DNA from: Mytilus trossulus
Lineage: Eukaryota
Reading direction: 5' to 3'
Assembly: GCF_036588685.1 (NCBI RefSeq)
Contig: NC_086374.1
Location: 67,518,001 to 67,582,000, forward strand
Length of the DNA: 64,000 bases
The translations under genes were made by a program, and so were the position numbers. This document shows positions 36,630 through 50,800 of the stretch, piece by piece. The notes under the pieces were generated by a model, which saw only the letters and a program-made list of their open reading frames with translations, did not search any database and was not told the DNA's origin. How positions within the stretch are numbered: the first letter of the stretch is position 1; each line of letters starts with the position of its first letter.

Positions 36630-39600
36630 TTTTAACTCGATCACGTTGTTCCTGTCAATTACAAGTCTACCATACACTAAAAAATATAGATCAGTAAAAT
36701 CCGAGAGCAAAATGCTAAGCTTACATACTAGTATTTATTACACAAAACAATTATAGTTTCTTTAATTTGATATCAAAGATGGTTTTTTTTTTACAAATAA
36801 TATTTGTCTCATTTGCCATCCTACCACATCTCCTCATTTCTATATAATACATATGCTATACTTATTCTTTTATTGAATTTCAGTATGTAAACTCATGACT
36901 TGAGTATAAATGACATTGACAATGACGTCAATGAATGTATCAAGTTTTTTTTAGTCTGGACCTTAATTCGACTGTTATATAAAGAGAAAACATGACCGTA
37001 AATTGGATATTTCATCAAATATGGCTAGCATCGAGAGCACACAAGACTGTAAATAATGACCGAAAAAAAGATTATTTAGTATTAGGTAAAAGTTAAAAAA
37101 AAAAAAGAGTACCTTTTGATGAAATTATTCCCTCTCCCCTTGTAATTTCTTGTATATTTAATTCTGTAGGAAACAAAGAACACTTATTTTTTGCTTTTAT
37201 CTTACAAATAATTTTAGTCGATCATCTCGTATATATATATATATAATCGAAGCACGAAACTGAGACTTCTATAACATAAATGAAGTCAGGCTCACTGCGG
37301 AGACAGGATTTATATTTTGATATAATTGTGTGTCGTATCTTATAACGTAGAAAAAAAGTTTTCCATTGTGATTTAAAAAATGATCTTTATGGTCGTGCTT
37401 TCATAGAAGATCTTAACATTGCACGGACAACGACCGTGAGATATAAATGGACGATACAAAAAAAAACTATATGGAAAGAATGTATTAAAATATTTGATCG
37501 ACTTAATTTTCTCTATCTTAGCGTCGAAGATGGACACTTCCTGCGTCAAGATGATTTGTTTTTGTTTCTTCAAAATGCTATTACAGTAAACATTTCAAAA
37601 GTAAAGTTATGCAAAATCGTTAAACTATAAAGGTGACCAAAAGGCTGCTAATAGTTTTGTTGTGTCGGCGTATGAAGCACAATCCAACGTTTTCGTTTTT
37701 TAAACCTAAGTAACATCATAAAAAAATGCCAAAAATTAGGATCACTCATTCGAACACGTTCATACTTACAACTTCTTATTAAGATTAAATCTTAAGTAAA
37801 TATGCCCGAAAGTAGAATTGAAATCTACTACTGATAACCAACCGCAAGATTCACACTAGATATTGGCATCATTAAATGCATGCGAAACCTTCACTATATT
37901 TTGTTTTAAATCTTCACCAAGAATATAGTTTTTTTTATTCGTGTTCTTAAATCTGTAAAGGTTTACTGAAATATTTTGATATACCTTATTGTAATATTAG
38001 CGTCTCGTCGTTGCTTTTTAAAGTTTTCCATGTAACAATTTTCATGGCGTTACGTTTTGTATAAGTGAATGAGTGTGTTTCCATCTGACTTCCATATTGC
38101 TTACCATCTAATTCTACATGCCCTAGAATGTATATATATATATAATTAATCTAAGAATGTTTTTTTCATCTCTGTGTTGTAAGATGAAATTACTGGTAAA
38201 ATATGCGATGTGTAATTATTTTGATTAAATTAGTAAATATTTTCGAGAAGTTGGTAATCAGTTGCGTTGATTTATATTCGTCTGGATATATCTGTAACAC
38301 TTGTTTATGTAGTCTGTGAACCTCTCTTATGTAATAAACAGTCAATGGTGACAAAACCCAAATTAATCACTAATAATAGACACTATAATATGGTGGAAAG
38401 GGGGGGGGGGGGGGGTCGAATGATATTTGTCAGGGGCGGATACATTCATTTTTAAAGGGGTTCCAACCCAGGAGAAAGGAGGGTTCCAAATATATGACCC
38501 CTTATACCTATCAAATGCACTGATCGTTCCAACCCCCGGAGCCCCCTGGATCCGCAGAGCTCTGTATTTGCATTTTTCGTGTCTAGTTCCATGGTCAATA
38601 AAAGTTTATGACTCGCAATCTGCCTACAATTTGTGATGTTCTTTGTGAACACGCTAATCATAGTATACAGAGCTTAAAGATAGAGCACATTCTTCAATTT
38701 AAAACACTACATGGAGCTAATAAAAGTATTTTGGTATTTTAGGAAATATTGATGTCTCCAGTCTATTCAATTCCTTCTCAACATTCCTTATCTTTGAAAC
38801 ATTTTTATGGATACCTATATACTAGATACTAGTATAGATTTGTCTATACTAATTGATGATGTTCTATGAACAACTCAAGAGGTCATTTTTTTGCGTTGTT
38901 AGTTTGCTGTCTCGTTGACTTATGAATTGAAAAGAAAAGGAGAAACGAATAATTGTACCAATCTCTCTTAATTTATGAAAGTGTGATTTGTAAATCATCA
39001 AAAATCACCCGCATTACATTGATATAAAAAAAAAATGGGTCAAGTGATCGAGAAACCCTTGTAACAATTTCTGCCTCCTCTAAAAAAAATGAAAGCCTTA
39101 GTTAGGTAAATTAATTTTATCGAGACTTTAAAGGGAAATTTTCTAAACTTTATCGGTGACCGTGTTAAGTTTACCAAATGTCAGTTTATATATAGGGCAG
39201 TCAAATGTTAATGTCATCCTAGTGTGTCGATTCAGGGTAGGTAAGAAGATCATATCTGTAAAGTGTTTATCCAATATAACATCGTACTACTATAAAAGAC
39301 TGTAACATCTGAACCTCGATCTGAACTTAGAACTATTCCGAGATCCTTGATGCATTATTAAAATTTTAACAGCGTTTCATTAAACATAGTTCAAAACCTG
39401 AATTTTATAACCGACCAGCAACATTTGTGGTATCTTCCTTCTTTGTTTTTACTCTTTCCTGAGATGGGAGGATAGGACAATATTCTGCCCCCTTAAGAGA
39501 ATGTTAGGTGAATTATCAGCTACAACAAATGGAAGTTTTTAACGACCTTGACAGGCTATACAGCCCTTGCACGGTCGGTAAAATTATCAGCTTTTCTTTC

Positions 39601-41099
39601 TTCTCGCTCTCCATCGGACATTTAATAAAAAAACTTTAAAAAAAATGAATACATGTATATATATTTCTACATTAAACGAGAAAGTTTAGTTACTGTATCA
39701 AAACTAGCATGAGATGGGTGTTAGAAAGTGATAACTGATACACAATTTTAAAATTAAGCAAACAGCTATACTATTGAACTACCAATACTTATACTTACGG
39801 TCCTTACATATCATTCCTCGCTGCATGTAATATAAACTAGTATATCCTTGCACAGATCCGTACTACTTCAAATGTTTATTTACCTCCGATTTTAATCATA
39901 GCTTCATTTTGTATCACAAATTAGTGTAACACTATAAACAAGCTCTGACTTTTAGTATTAATCTTGATCATAGTACGTGATTATCGTGTATGTTTCCTAA
40001 ACGATATTACTGAATCATTGGTCAGTTAGGTACAAAACTGACATACTGTACGTGATCATCATGGATGCTTCCAAAACGAGATTAATCATTGGTCAGTTAG
40101 GTACGGAAAAAAGTAAAAACACAAAAATACTAAACTCCGAGGAAAATTCAAAAAGGAAAGTCCCAAATCAAATGGCAAAATCAAAAGTTCAAACACATCA
40201 AACGAATGGATAAACTGGATTGGATTGTAATCTTTAAGGGTAAAATATCTAGGATCGTATTATACTCCATATTCAATTAAGTCGATTGCTTTCAGATTTG
40301 TAGTATTGTCTCAGGAATAACCATCATAGCAGATTGGTTTTGACAATAAGTTTTAATTTGACTTCGTACAGAATTTAAATCGATATTTCCCCATGTTAAG
40401 GGAATTGGTTTTAGGAAGAATCAGACGTTAATTCAAGAAATGACAAAAAGTAGATATGACTTCAAATTGATTAGTCTGTGTTTTCACAATTAAAATATTG
40501 CGGCCTGATAAAAAAAGTTGTTTTACAATATAATTTCAAATCACATACTAATCAGGATTGGTTTTTAATTAAGATTAAACCACACTCACCATGGTTAAAA
40601 TGTCGCTTTGTATTCTATTAAAAATCTAAATGATAATTTCTTACATAATTAATATACAAGTTTTGCGTGAATACATGTATTATAGTTCTGAGCATTATAG
40701 CTTCTGTCTAAAGCATAGTTGAGCCCAATCTTCGGGAAGACACGGGAGGCTCGTATCCAAAACAAAAATCAAAAACAAAAGACAATTTCATTATAAACTG
40801 CAAAGTTGACAGATTTAAAAAAAAAAAAAAAAAAAAGTATAATGCCGATTAGTTTAACAGACAATATTATTTTGACAAAAATATTTTGACAAAAATACAT
40901 GCTGGTAACCTTCCATCCATTTTGTTCAATATACATTTGGGGGGGGGGTGGCTGGATCGACTTTATCCCCACATCTTGGATTGTCAAAGAGCAGAACCAT
41001 TTGGTCTAGATATTAAATGAGATATGTACATTCTGAGATTCGGAAGAACGTAATTTATTTTTAAGAACAATGTGTAATAAACTTGACATAAAGAGTTAT

Positions 41100-41870
41100 T
41101 TTGTTTGAATCAACTTGTAAAATTTTAATACTGATGATAGTACCATACTATACTCTCATAAGAACCCAGAAGATATATCTCAGAAACTGGGTAGGGAACC
41201 TTAATCTTGCAGCAAATGGCCCGCTAACCGATAATGCATTATCACTTCATTTGGGGAAAACCGAAACTATTCTGTTTGTGTCAAAACGTAATTGTCTAAA
41301 ATTCGTTACTTTTACGTTACTTGTAAGCCTTGTAATAATCACACAATTTCCGCGCAAAATTGTGTGAAATATTTAGTCCTGAATATTGATGATAATCTTT
41401 TTTTTGTGGAGACAGAATATTAAATGATTATATTATTTAAAAGATACATTAAAGATTGAAGTTCCTATACAGCATGTACAGACAGGCCAACTGTTAACCA
41501 GAACAATCTAAAAAGACTTTAGCTACAGCTTCAATGTCATTTTGACTGCCTGTTCTGCAAAGTATGCTGATGTCAGCAAAAAATATAAAGAGTAAGGTAC
41601 AAGTAGTACAAAACAAATGTGTTAGTCTTGTATTATTTTAATTTTAGTTTCTTGTGTACAATTTGGAAATTAGTATGGCGTTCATTATCACTGAACTGGT
41701 ATATTATATATTTGTTTAGATGCCAGCTGAAGGACGCCTCCGGGTGCGGGAATATCTCGTTACATTGAAGACCTTTTGGTGACCTTCTGCTGTTGTTTTT
41801 TTCTATGGTCGGGTTGTTGTCTCTTTGACACATTCCCCATTTCCCGATGATTCTCAATTTTAGGTTTATA
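41100..41870 (+). mobile_element. Ancient CR1/L2-type LINE reverse transcriptase relic interrupted by a family C copy
   Basis: Fragments LSLHLGKTETILF, CVKYLVLNID, RLKFLY, QCHFD, VVQNKCV|RFI with frameshifts. Confidence 0.6.
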
Positions 41871-43318
41871 AAAAAAAACCTGGATAATATAGATCCGAAA
41901 AGTTGACAATAATAGCATTGGTTATGTTATAATCAAAATCGAGTTATACTTTGAATAATTGAGATTTAGCCATTTTGCTTTAGATCCCAGCTATGTACAT
42001 ATAAATGTTTTATAAGTGCCTTTAATTATTCAGCATGTAATATGATCTAATATACCTATTGCAGGTCGTCGCTATCAACATTTAATCATTAGCCTCAAAT
42101 CACTAAATAACTTCATTTCAAGAGTTTAATGTCATGGTCTTAATGTAACTATTGCCAAATATATATGTTAACTTACTTCACTACACACTCACACTTATTA
42201 TGATTATACCTATTTCGAAAATTAGTACGTTTTGGTTTACTGCTTTCTCCTTAGTGGTATTTTTTATGGTATTTGTTTATTCCAGTTATACGCTCTCTAA
42301 CACTGAGATACGTTTAGTTGCAGAAAAAATCGCGGCAACAACAGAGAAAATGTCAAGATAAATCTGTCAATCTTTATAACAAAACAGAAAAAATAAACGA
42401 CACATCTATTGTAAATAACCCTTCAGATTACTTTCTTCTATAATTCAAGGAAACAGGCAATAGATAATTTTATTGGTATAAACATTAAAAGAAGAGCGTC
42501 AACAGGTTGTTTTCATCAACTTTAGGGATGTTGCATAATCACTAAACTGATGATTTTACATTTTCATTTTAGTACAGACTTGGTTTCTTTAATGATGGTT
42601 CTTTTCTGTTTTTTATCTATATTTAAATACATGAAAATAAAAATCAGCCGACATCTATCAAAAGAATGTAGTTTTGATTGTAAATGTATGCATGATCTTT
42701 TGTCACAAATTATACACCTCATCGCTATTTGGAAAAACAAATATGTATTATGTTTTTGACCTAATCGTCATTTTGGGCTATTATACTTAGTAACAATAGT
42801 GAATGATACCACCTGTATGATACCACCTGTGGTGGAGATTTTTCAAATAAAGTTATTATTTGGGGCATAGCTGCCGTTAGGCACTTAGGCACATGCCAAC
42901 ACATAATTTATAACAAGCCTTCGACTTTAGTCGAAAAAAGCGAGACATAGCGATCCTACATTCCGTCAGCCTGGGTGTCTTCAGGGGCGTCCACAAATAT
43001 TCACTCTGTCATGTCTGTGGTTAAAGTTTTTGAAATTTTAATAACTTTCTAAAACTATACTTGATTTCTACCAAACTTGGACTGAAGCTTGTTATGATCA
43101 TAACATGGTACCCAGAAGTAAATTTTGTGAGAATCAAATTCCATTTTTTCCATATTTTACTTACAAATGGACTTAGTTTTTCTGCCGGGATTACTTTCTT
43201 AAACTATCCTGGGTTTGTTCCAAACTTGAGCAGAAGCTTGTTTATGATCATAACATAGTATCCAGAAGTAAATTTTGTAAAATTAAATTCCATTTTTTTG
43301 TATATTTTACATATAAAT

Positions 43319-43517
43319 GAGAGGGGGTTGGAGGGATCCTTATCCCAAAATCCCGGGCTTAAAAACACGAGATCCCAAAATCACGTACTTAAAAACACGA
43401 AATCCCAAAGTCCCGAAAGTCGAAAAAAAAATTCCAGATCCCGAAAGGGTCAATCCCGAAATCCCAGGCTTAAAATCACCCGATCCCGGAGACCCGATAA
43501 AGGTCCTATCCCCCCTC
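43319..43517. mobile_element. MITE with G/C-rich TIRs and 6-bp TSD ATAAAT
   Basis: gagaggggg...ccccctc inserted in a satellite unit; related reverse sequence at 45930-46080. Confidence 0.7.
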
Positions 43518-43935
43518 ATAAATGGACTTAGTTTTTCTGCCAAAAAATATTACATTCACTCTGTGGTTAAAGTTTTAAAAAATTTAACAACTTTCTTAAA
43601 CTATCCTGGATTTGTACCAAACTTGGACAGAAGCTTGTTTATGATGATATGATAAGGTAGTATCCAAAAATAAATTTTGTGAAAAAGAGAATCCCTTTTT
43701 TTCTGTATTTTACTTTAAATGGACTTTAAATTCACATTCACTCTGTAAGGTTAAAGTTTTTAAAATTTTAATAACTTTCTTATACCATTTTGGATTTGTA
43801 CCAAACCTAGACAGATGCTTGTTTATGATCAAAAGTTTGTGTCTAAAAGGAAATTTTGTTTAATTTTGTACCTGTACGTGTATCTGTATAAAACTTATAG
43901 ATGGACTTAGTTTTTCTTCCAGTTAACATTACATA

Positions 43936-46924
43936 CAGTACAGGTAGGGACTTATTTTTATGGAAGCCTTAATCCGTCTAGATGTCAGACTGGTCGGACA
44001 GTTGTCCCAGAGTAATAAACACCTGCTGTGCAATATCCAAGTGGAAGGTCGTAAATCAATCTGTACCAGCTAGAATTATATTTTACCTGTACAGCTATAT
44101 TTGTATTTATGGAGAATAGATATAAAATGTAAAATATTGTTTTGTATATAAAGAGAAAGAATTGAAATTAAAATTAAATAAAAGAATTTAAATTAAAAAT
44201 TAAATAATTAGAATTAAAATTGAAATTTAATATCATGAATGTGGGATATTTTTTTTTTATAATTTGAAAATGAAATAAAGACGATTTTTAACAATATATT
44301 GTGTTGCCAATTATTATAATAGTTTTGTGCCAATAAACTATTTTTTATTTGCATTTGTATTTGTAAACCGTAAATATTTCATCTAATTCAAAATAATAAG
44401 CCTAATAACAACCAAGACTGTTTTCAATCGAAGTTTTAATCAAATTGTTGAGACATCAATCCCGTAAATGATACGAGTTTTCATTGATGGTTATATTATT
44501 TCCCCCTTTTAACGGCCTGTTCCTTTATATGTTATTGTTGGAAACACAATTTTAAGTATAAGGCCAACATATCGTATTTATAAAATATGTATAGGCATTG
44601 TGAATAAAGTTATTTTCCTTTTGATACAACTTTCCCCGTCGGAGCCTCTACATCAATTCACACCTGTCAATCATTTCTCGCAAGTAAAACATTTTGGTCA
44701 GACAGATCACTCGTGCTTTCTATTTTGACATATTTCCCGTTAATCTCTTTGAAAGTCAAACAATTGGTTTCTTTAAATACAATATTTATAACGCCGTGAT
44801 CATATTTCGATTCCTATTTTTTATTTAACAAAAAAATGTTGACATTCGAGAAATTGCCTTTCTATCTTCATGTCTCGACTCTTTTATGAAAATCGCCGGT
44901 GTTTTTATGGAGCGGAGCTACCGTTTGATTTTTATGGGGGGGGCTAGGATGAAATTTGAAAAAAATAGGCAGGACAGAAGTTTTGAGTAAAAAAAAGGCA
45001 GGATGAGACACTTGCAAAAAAAAAGTCAGGACGACAATCTAGGTAAAAAAAAGGTCAGGATAATCTAAAAAAAAAAAGGCAGGACCGAAGAGTGAAAAAT
45101 AAAAAGGCAGGACAGAGATTACAGCTAAAAAAAAGGCAGGACAAAATTTCTCATCCTAGCCCCCCCCCCCCCCCCTTAAAAATCAAATGGTAGCTCCCTT
45201 ATTATAAATATATTTTACGAATCGATACACGAAAATCAAAATTTAACCTTGTATAGTTTATTGAATAAATGCACATTTATACCCCAATGGGGTTGAAAGC
45301 TAATCGTACTAGTCATGATCAGCTGTCTTTACTTTTTCGTCGTATTTCTAGTCATTCTATAGCTCGTGCAGTCCGTAAGAATTTTTAAATCGATGTTGTA
45401 TTATTTCCGAAGTTTAAAGGAGTTCTCCAAAGTAGAATATTTAAATGGAAATCCGGGAAATGACTGATAAAAATAAAACAAAAAATAGTTAAAGAAGACT
45501 AAATCTTGTTTTGATTTTACATGTATGTAAATCGATTAAATTTCTATTCTGGTCAATCGATCAAGAGCCTCAAAACTAACGCACAATACTGTCAATCATT
45601 CCACATCAAATTTAATCATGAATGGATTTTCCCACGGTCGTTCTGTAAGGTCACCTGAGTTTACTGTTACGACATTTCCCGCCATATAAAAATCTCGTGC
45701 AGTGGACAAAATCGATCTTTAACGTCTTTAATTAGCATTCAATAATATTGTGAGTGGAGTCAAGTTAAAGTTCAACCACGTGCACACGCTGTTGATCACT
45801 AATATGTGTATCATGGAATTATCTTTTCACGGCAAATTTTTCATAACAAATTGCTGTTAAAAATATATAACATACAAGTTTCCTTTTTTAAATGGATTGT
45901 GCGTAAATTAATATTACGCAATTAATTTAAGTTCGGGATTTCGGGATTAAGACTTTCGGGATCTGGGAATTCTTTTTTTCGCGATGTCGGGATTTTGATT
46001 TATTTAAATTCGGGACCTTGGGACTTCGTGTTTTTAAGCCTGGGATTTCGAGATCCGGACCCTATTTACCCCTTACCCCCAAATGCAGATCAATCATATA
46101 AATTTAGCATAATGAACAAACACGAAAATCTTAAAATAAACTTATGTCCGGGAAGAATCAATATCTTCTTCTAGTGATATTATTTGCGTTCTATTTTATT
46201 GATACATCTCCAACTTTGAAGTTTCGGACAATAAATTGTCTACAGCAAAAAGTAAAAACTACAAAGAATCAGCAAGCTAATAATATACAAGTATTGCTCA
46301 CTGTAATTATTTTTATCTCGGAACTGACCCAACACAGACTGAATATTAAATACATATTATAGAAATATTTTGCATGTGGCCGCGTCAAACTAACCCCGGA
46401 GACAGCATTCTGCTAATGGATTTACGAGTAAAATCAAAAATAACCGTAAGCTTCCAGAAATAGAATACATGTAAAAATATTTATGTTTGAAAGTTTATGC
46501 AAACAAATAAGAAACAGATACACAAAAAAACAAAAAATAAACAACAAAGAACATAGAACAAAAATAATTTTGAGGAACAAATTAGAAAATAAAAAGCAGT
46601 TGATATATAAAAACCATAATTAAAAAAATAGGCTATTTTTATTAAAACAAAGTTTTCTCCAGTACTTCACCTGTAAAAATATTTTATGTCAAAAACGATG
46701 TAATCAATAAAGTGACTGAGAGGTTAAAATTACAGGTAACCTGATTCTGAAATCAGTGAACCGTAATTCTAGCAGCACGGATTAAGATGAAAGGACAAAT
46801 ATATTGCCAATCACACCTGGATTTGTTGATTAATGACCATACTACCTACCATAAAAATGTCGGATTATTCATATCCGACTAGACGGATTAAGACTTCCAT
46901 AAAAATAAGTCCCTACCCGTACTG
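43936..46924. mobile_element. Non-autonomous Tc1/mariner-type element, about 3 kb, 46-bp TIRs, TA TSD
   Basis: cagtacaggtagggacttatttttatggaagccttaatccgtctag versus ctagacggattaagacttccataaaaataagtccctacccgtactg; no transposase ORF. Confidence 0.85.
44914..45197. mobile_element. MITE nested in the Tc1-like element, about 40-bp TIRs and internal aaaaaggcagga repeats
   Basis: ggagctaccgtttgatttttatgggg..ctaggatga versus tcatcctagcccc..aaaaatcaaatggtagctcc. Confidence 0.8.
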
Positions 46925-47233
46925 TACATGTAAAGTCTGCAGTTAAAATTTAAAAAAAACATTTATTAGATTCATAAACTAACGCTGGATTTTTATCAAA
47001 CTTGGACAGAACATTCATACAATCAAAAGAAAGTATTAAAAGGAATATTTTTAATGTTTTTTTCATCATTTTTGTTGAGCCTGTGATTAACAGCAAAATA
47101 GGCGAAACACTGGGTTCCGCGGAACCCTTATGATTTTTTTCACAAATATTTACATGTAAATGTTTAATATAAAATGTGTTTAAATAGTTCTCATGAATAT
47201 TAATTATACCTGCTTTCAGACTATATTTTTGCT

Positions 47234-47811
47234 ATGGAAACAGAGAGTCTACTACAGGAAAATGATACTTCAAACCATGATGTCAAGAAATTCAAAGTAC
47301 AGAATGGACAAAAAAGTGAAGAGGACAATGATCATGAAAAATTAAATGGAAAAGGGGAGACCACTGGGAATAGTTTAAGTATGAACAATGGAACAGATAA
47401 TTCATTAGGTCAACATAGGTCAGTACTGTCCCAGATATTGAACTCTAAGGAAGGAACTGTTATTCAGGTTGAACAAAATAACAAAACAATGCTCTCACAA
47501 AATTTGATAGCGCCAAATGTCAGTCAAATGAACCAATCTATTCAAATGTCAACGATGCCTCCTATGTTAGCCTCTCAAATGATCAATTTAAGCCAAATAA
47601 CTAATGGATCTTACCAATCACCAGTTATGATGTCAAATGGATCACCAATGATTCCCGTACATCCAATATTGCAACAAATTCAAACACTAAATGGATTGTA
47701 TCCAACTAATGGTTTAATTGTACAGCAGACACCAAAACCACCAACAGTTGATCTAACTGAACAGGAAGAGATTGGAAAAATGAAGGATGATGGGCTTGAA
47801 GAAAGTGTCAG
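47234..47811 (+). CDS. SBNO1: SBNO-like coding exon 1 (low-complexity N-terminus)
   Basis: Acceptor ctttcag ends 47219, ATG 47234, donor gtaagg. Confidence 0.85.
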
Positions 47812-50800
47812 GTAAGGTTAAAGGTCACTAGACAATATGGTTAGATGCATTATTATACTGTTATTTTCATACATTGTGTAACAAGGGTCCGGAAACGGTC
47901 ATATTTGCCAGTCATGTCCTAAACTGAAACTATAATGTCCTAAACTTTTAATTGGGATTTAGGTCAAATTTTATTTTTCAACCGTTATAAATTCGGTCAT
48001 TTCTTTGAGATCAACTTTCAAAATCGCAATTTTGAACATATTTTTGTTTAGTTATCAACTTCCTGTAATTAAACTGCCACTTCAATAAAGTGTTATACAT
48101 GTAATCCTGAGGGCCCTCGTAATAACTATATTAATGCCTCAGGGAGCTATTGGCTAATGATGGCTTTACCTGTGTTTTTAATTCACACCTGGCGATAAAT
48201 CACAAGCTCCAAACTATTATTATAAAGAAATAAAAATTCCATACCAACTGGCTTCATTATTTAATTACTCAACAGGTCAGACAATTGTCAATTATGATTT
48301 AAAATTAAATTAAAACTTGGTTTAATCTATGCAGAAATTTATTTTTTTTACTTCTAACACACGTGCTTTGTTTACTACGTAATACGCATGCTTGAAATTC
48401 TCTTCCACAGATTTAGACAATTAATTGTAAATTAAGAATAATTTCATCCTAAATAAAGCTAGTGCAACTATTTTAATTAATATTCTTACACTATTAAAGG
48501 TAAAATATTAAAAAGCCGATGCTTTCCTGTTATTTGGATAAACAAAACTAATCCCGGAAATGAGTCTGGAATTGTTCGTTTTAGTATTGTCGCAGTACAT
48601 CCCGTTTGAATTTTGACTTCAGAATCAAAGGAAACGTAAGCGATAACTGAAAAAATTATCGTTTTGAGCCATTAAAATCATTTTATTTTTAAACTGTTGC
48701 CTTTCCTAAATTGCTCTTGATTGATTTTTGGAAAAGGGTAGGACAAATCATGAAGTAAATGCGATGCAACAGTGAAACAAGTTTGTTGATGCTACGAACA
48801 TGACAATCGAGTGCATACTCATAATGAGTCTCATGCAGTAATGTGATTTTAACAATCATTTTTTGAAAAGGGGCATCAACTTTTAAGTTGTATGAAAATG
48901 ACCGAAATTAGGTGAACAAATTTCCGGATCCTTGATTGTGTATGTATGTTCCGATTAGATATGACCAATGAACTAGGATTCTATTTAAGAAAGTTTATCT
49001 TTTTATGATTGAAAAGTCCATTGTTCAAATTACTATCTATGCAAAATATAGAGTGACAATATATTAGAATGTAATACAGGGAAGCCAAATGTAATTTAAA
49101 AATTGGCTTTGATTTTCATACACCATATATTTTCCTTTGATGATTAAACACACTTCTGACCTTCAACCTGTCCAGATTATTGATTATTGCAATGCATTTA
49201 TTCAGAGTGCAACATAATTCAGTAAGGTGCTTATCATTTCTATTTTCAGTACTGAAGTATTTTCAAAGTATCTCCACAGAGAGATTGTACCAGGATGTAT
49301 GCCCCACCCAGGGGATATTGTAGAGGCTGGACCTCTTGCAGTAAGTATTGGAATAATATGTACATGTTCTTTGAATCTAACACATTGAAATTTAATTTGA
49401 GTTTGTGATGTGTAAACTGTATAATCATAGATTACCTGTGTTATTTGTTTGTTGTTTCTTACTTATTCATCCGATGTACTAAACTGCATATCTTGTCTTT
49501 GTTAGTCTGATTAATGGTCAAAATGTATTTTCTTTTGATGGATTTTTTTCTTTCAGAAATTAAACACCTTAACATTGAGATTTTTCCTCCCAAATAAACT
49601 CATCATAGATACCAGGACTAAATTTTGTATATACTCCATACGCGTCTACAAAAGACTCATCAGTGACGCTCGATTCCAAAAAAAATGTTGAAAAGGCCAA
49701 ATAAAGTATGAAGTTGAAGAGCAGTCTATTTGTCTTTAGTTTGATAGTATTAGTACCTGTATGACAATATTTTGTTGTATTTTGCAGGAATTACTACCTC
49801 CAGACCCTACCTACCCAGTTGTTGAAGGTATAACATCTGACATAGTAGCTACTGGAAAACTCAGTAGTTTACAATTAGAAGGGGTGCTATATGCAGTAAG
49901 TATGTAAAGTAATATATTGTTTATTTACAGTCCCAGAAAAAACATTGAACTTTTGTTCACTTCTTCACAGTACCTATGTACTGACTTGTATGCTGTGAAT
50001 TCATTGTAATTTGTTGGATACCAATTGTTGTGGATTTAGTTGGTACAGGATTTAAATTTATTTAAATTTGGTATTTCATGTTTATAAGCCTGGGATTTTG
50101 GGATCAGGCCCCCTCTTACCCTCTTCATACAAGGCAATGTTTAATTTTAGCCAGATACAAGCAAAAAATTTTCAATGACACACTAAATAAAATACATTTT
50201 ATAATTATTCCAACTGAATATATAAACTGCAGTATTAAAAGAAGAAACCTATATGTATCAATTCTCATCTTTTAATTATTGAATAACATTTTTATTTTAG
50301 TGTCAAAGACATCAGATGATTTTAACTAACGGTCAGCGAGCAGGATTCTTCATTGGTGATGCCGCTGGTGTGGGAAAAGGAAGACAGGTAATTTTCTTAA
50401 GAAATTTGGGATATGTTTATGAAATTTAAAGCAATCATATCAATAATGTATTTTCAATCCAGTTTGCTAATAAGGACAGAAAAAACAGAAATTAAAGATA
50501 TTATAGCACACAAATCCAATAGGGCTCTTCACGGTTACTTTGGTCATATTGGATAGGGGCTGATTTTCATAATGGAGGTACAAATGGTGTGAAAAATACA
50601 GGAACACATCATTAAAACAGAGCTGTTGCTTGGAAACACACATAGGATTTCCCATACTTTCATACTATTTCCACCTCTTTCTAAAAAATCTACCCCTATC
50701 CAATATGGCCAAACTAACCGTGAAGAGCCATATTCTCAACAGACAGATTGCTTCTCTGCAGAAACCAAAGATGAATGTCTCAACAGAAAATTCAACGGAT

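Larger units (their letters stand above)
42916..47132 (+). mobile_element. Second copy of the ~191-bp-satellite HINE-like element, split by nested insertions
   Basis: Same 5' end (agccttcgactttagtcgaa) and 3' end (gggttccgcggaaccctta) as 12903-13949. Confidence 0.8.

Noticed and set aside
40584-40610. Minus-strand ATG|GTGAGT donor as a first coding exon of the membrane protein gene
   Set aside because: Splicing to 36676 is out of frame and stops after 6 codons; it could only be a UTR exon, which is unsupported.
43298-43652. Overlapping P/K/R-rich ORFs on both strands
   Set aside because: They arise from the internal short repeats of a MITE.
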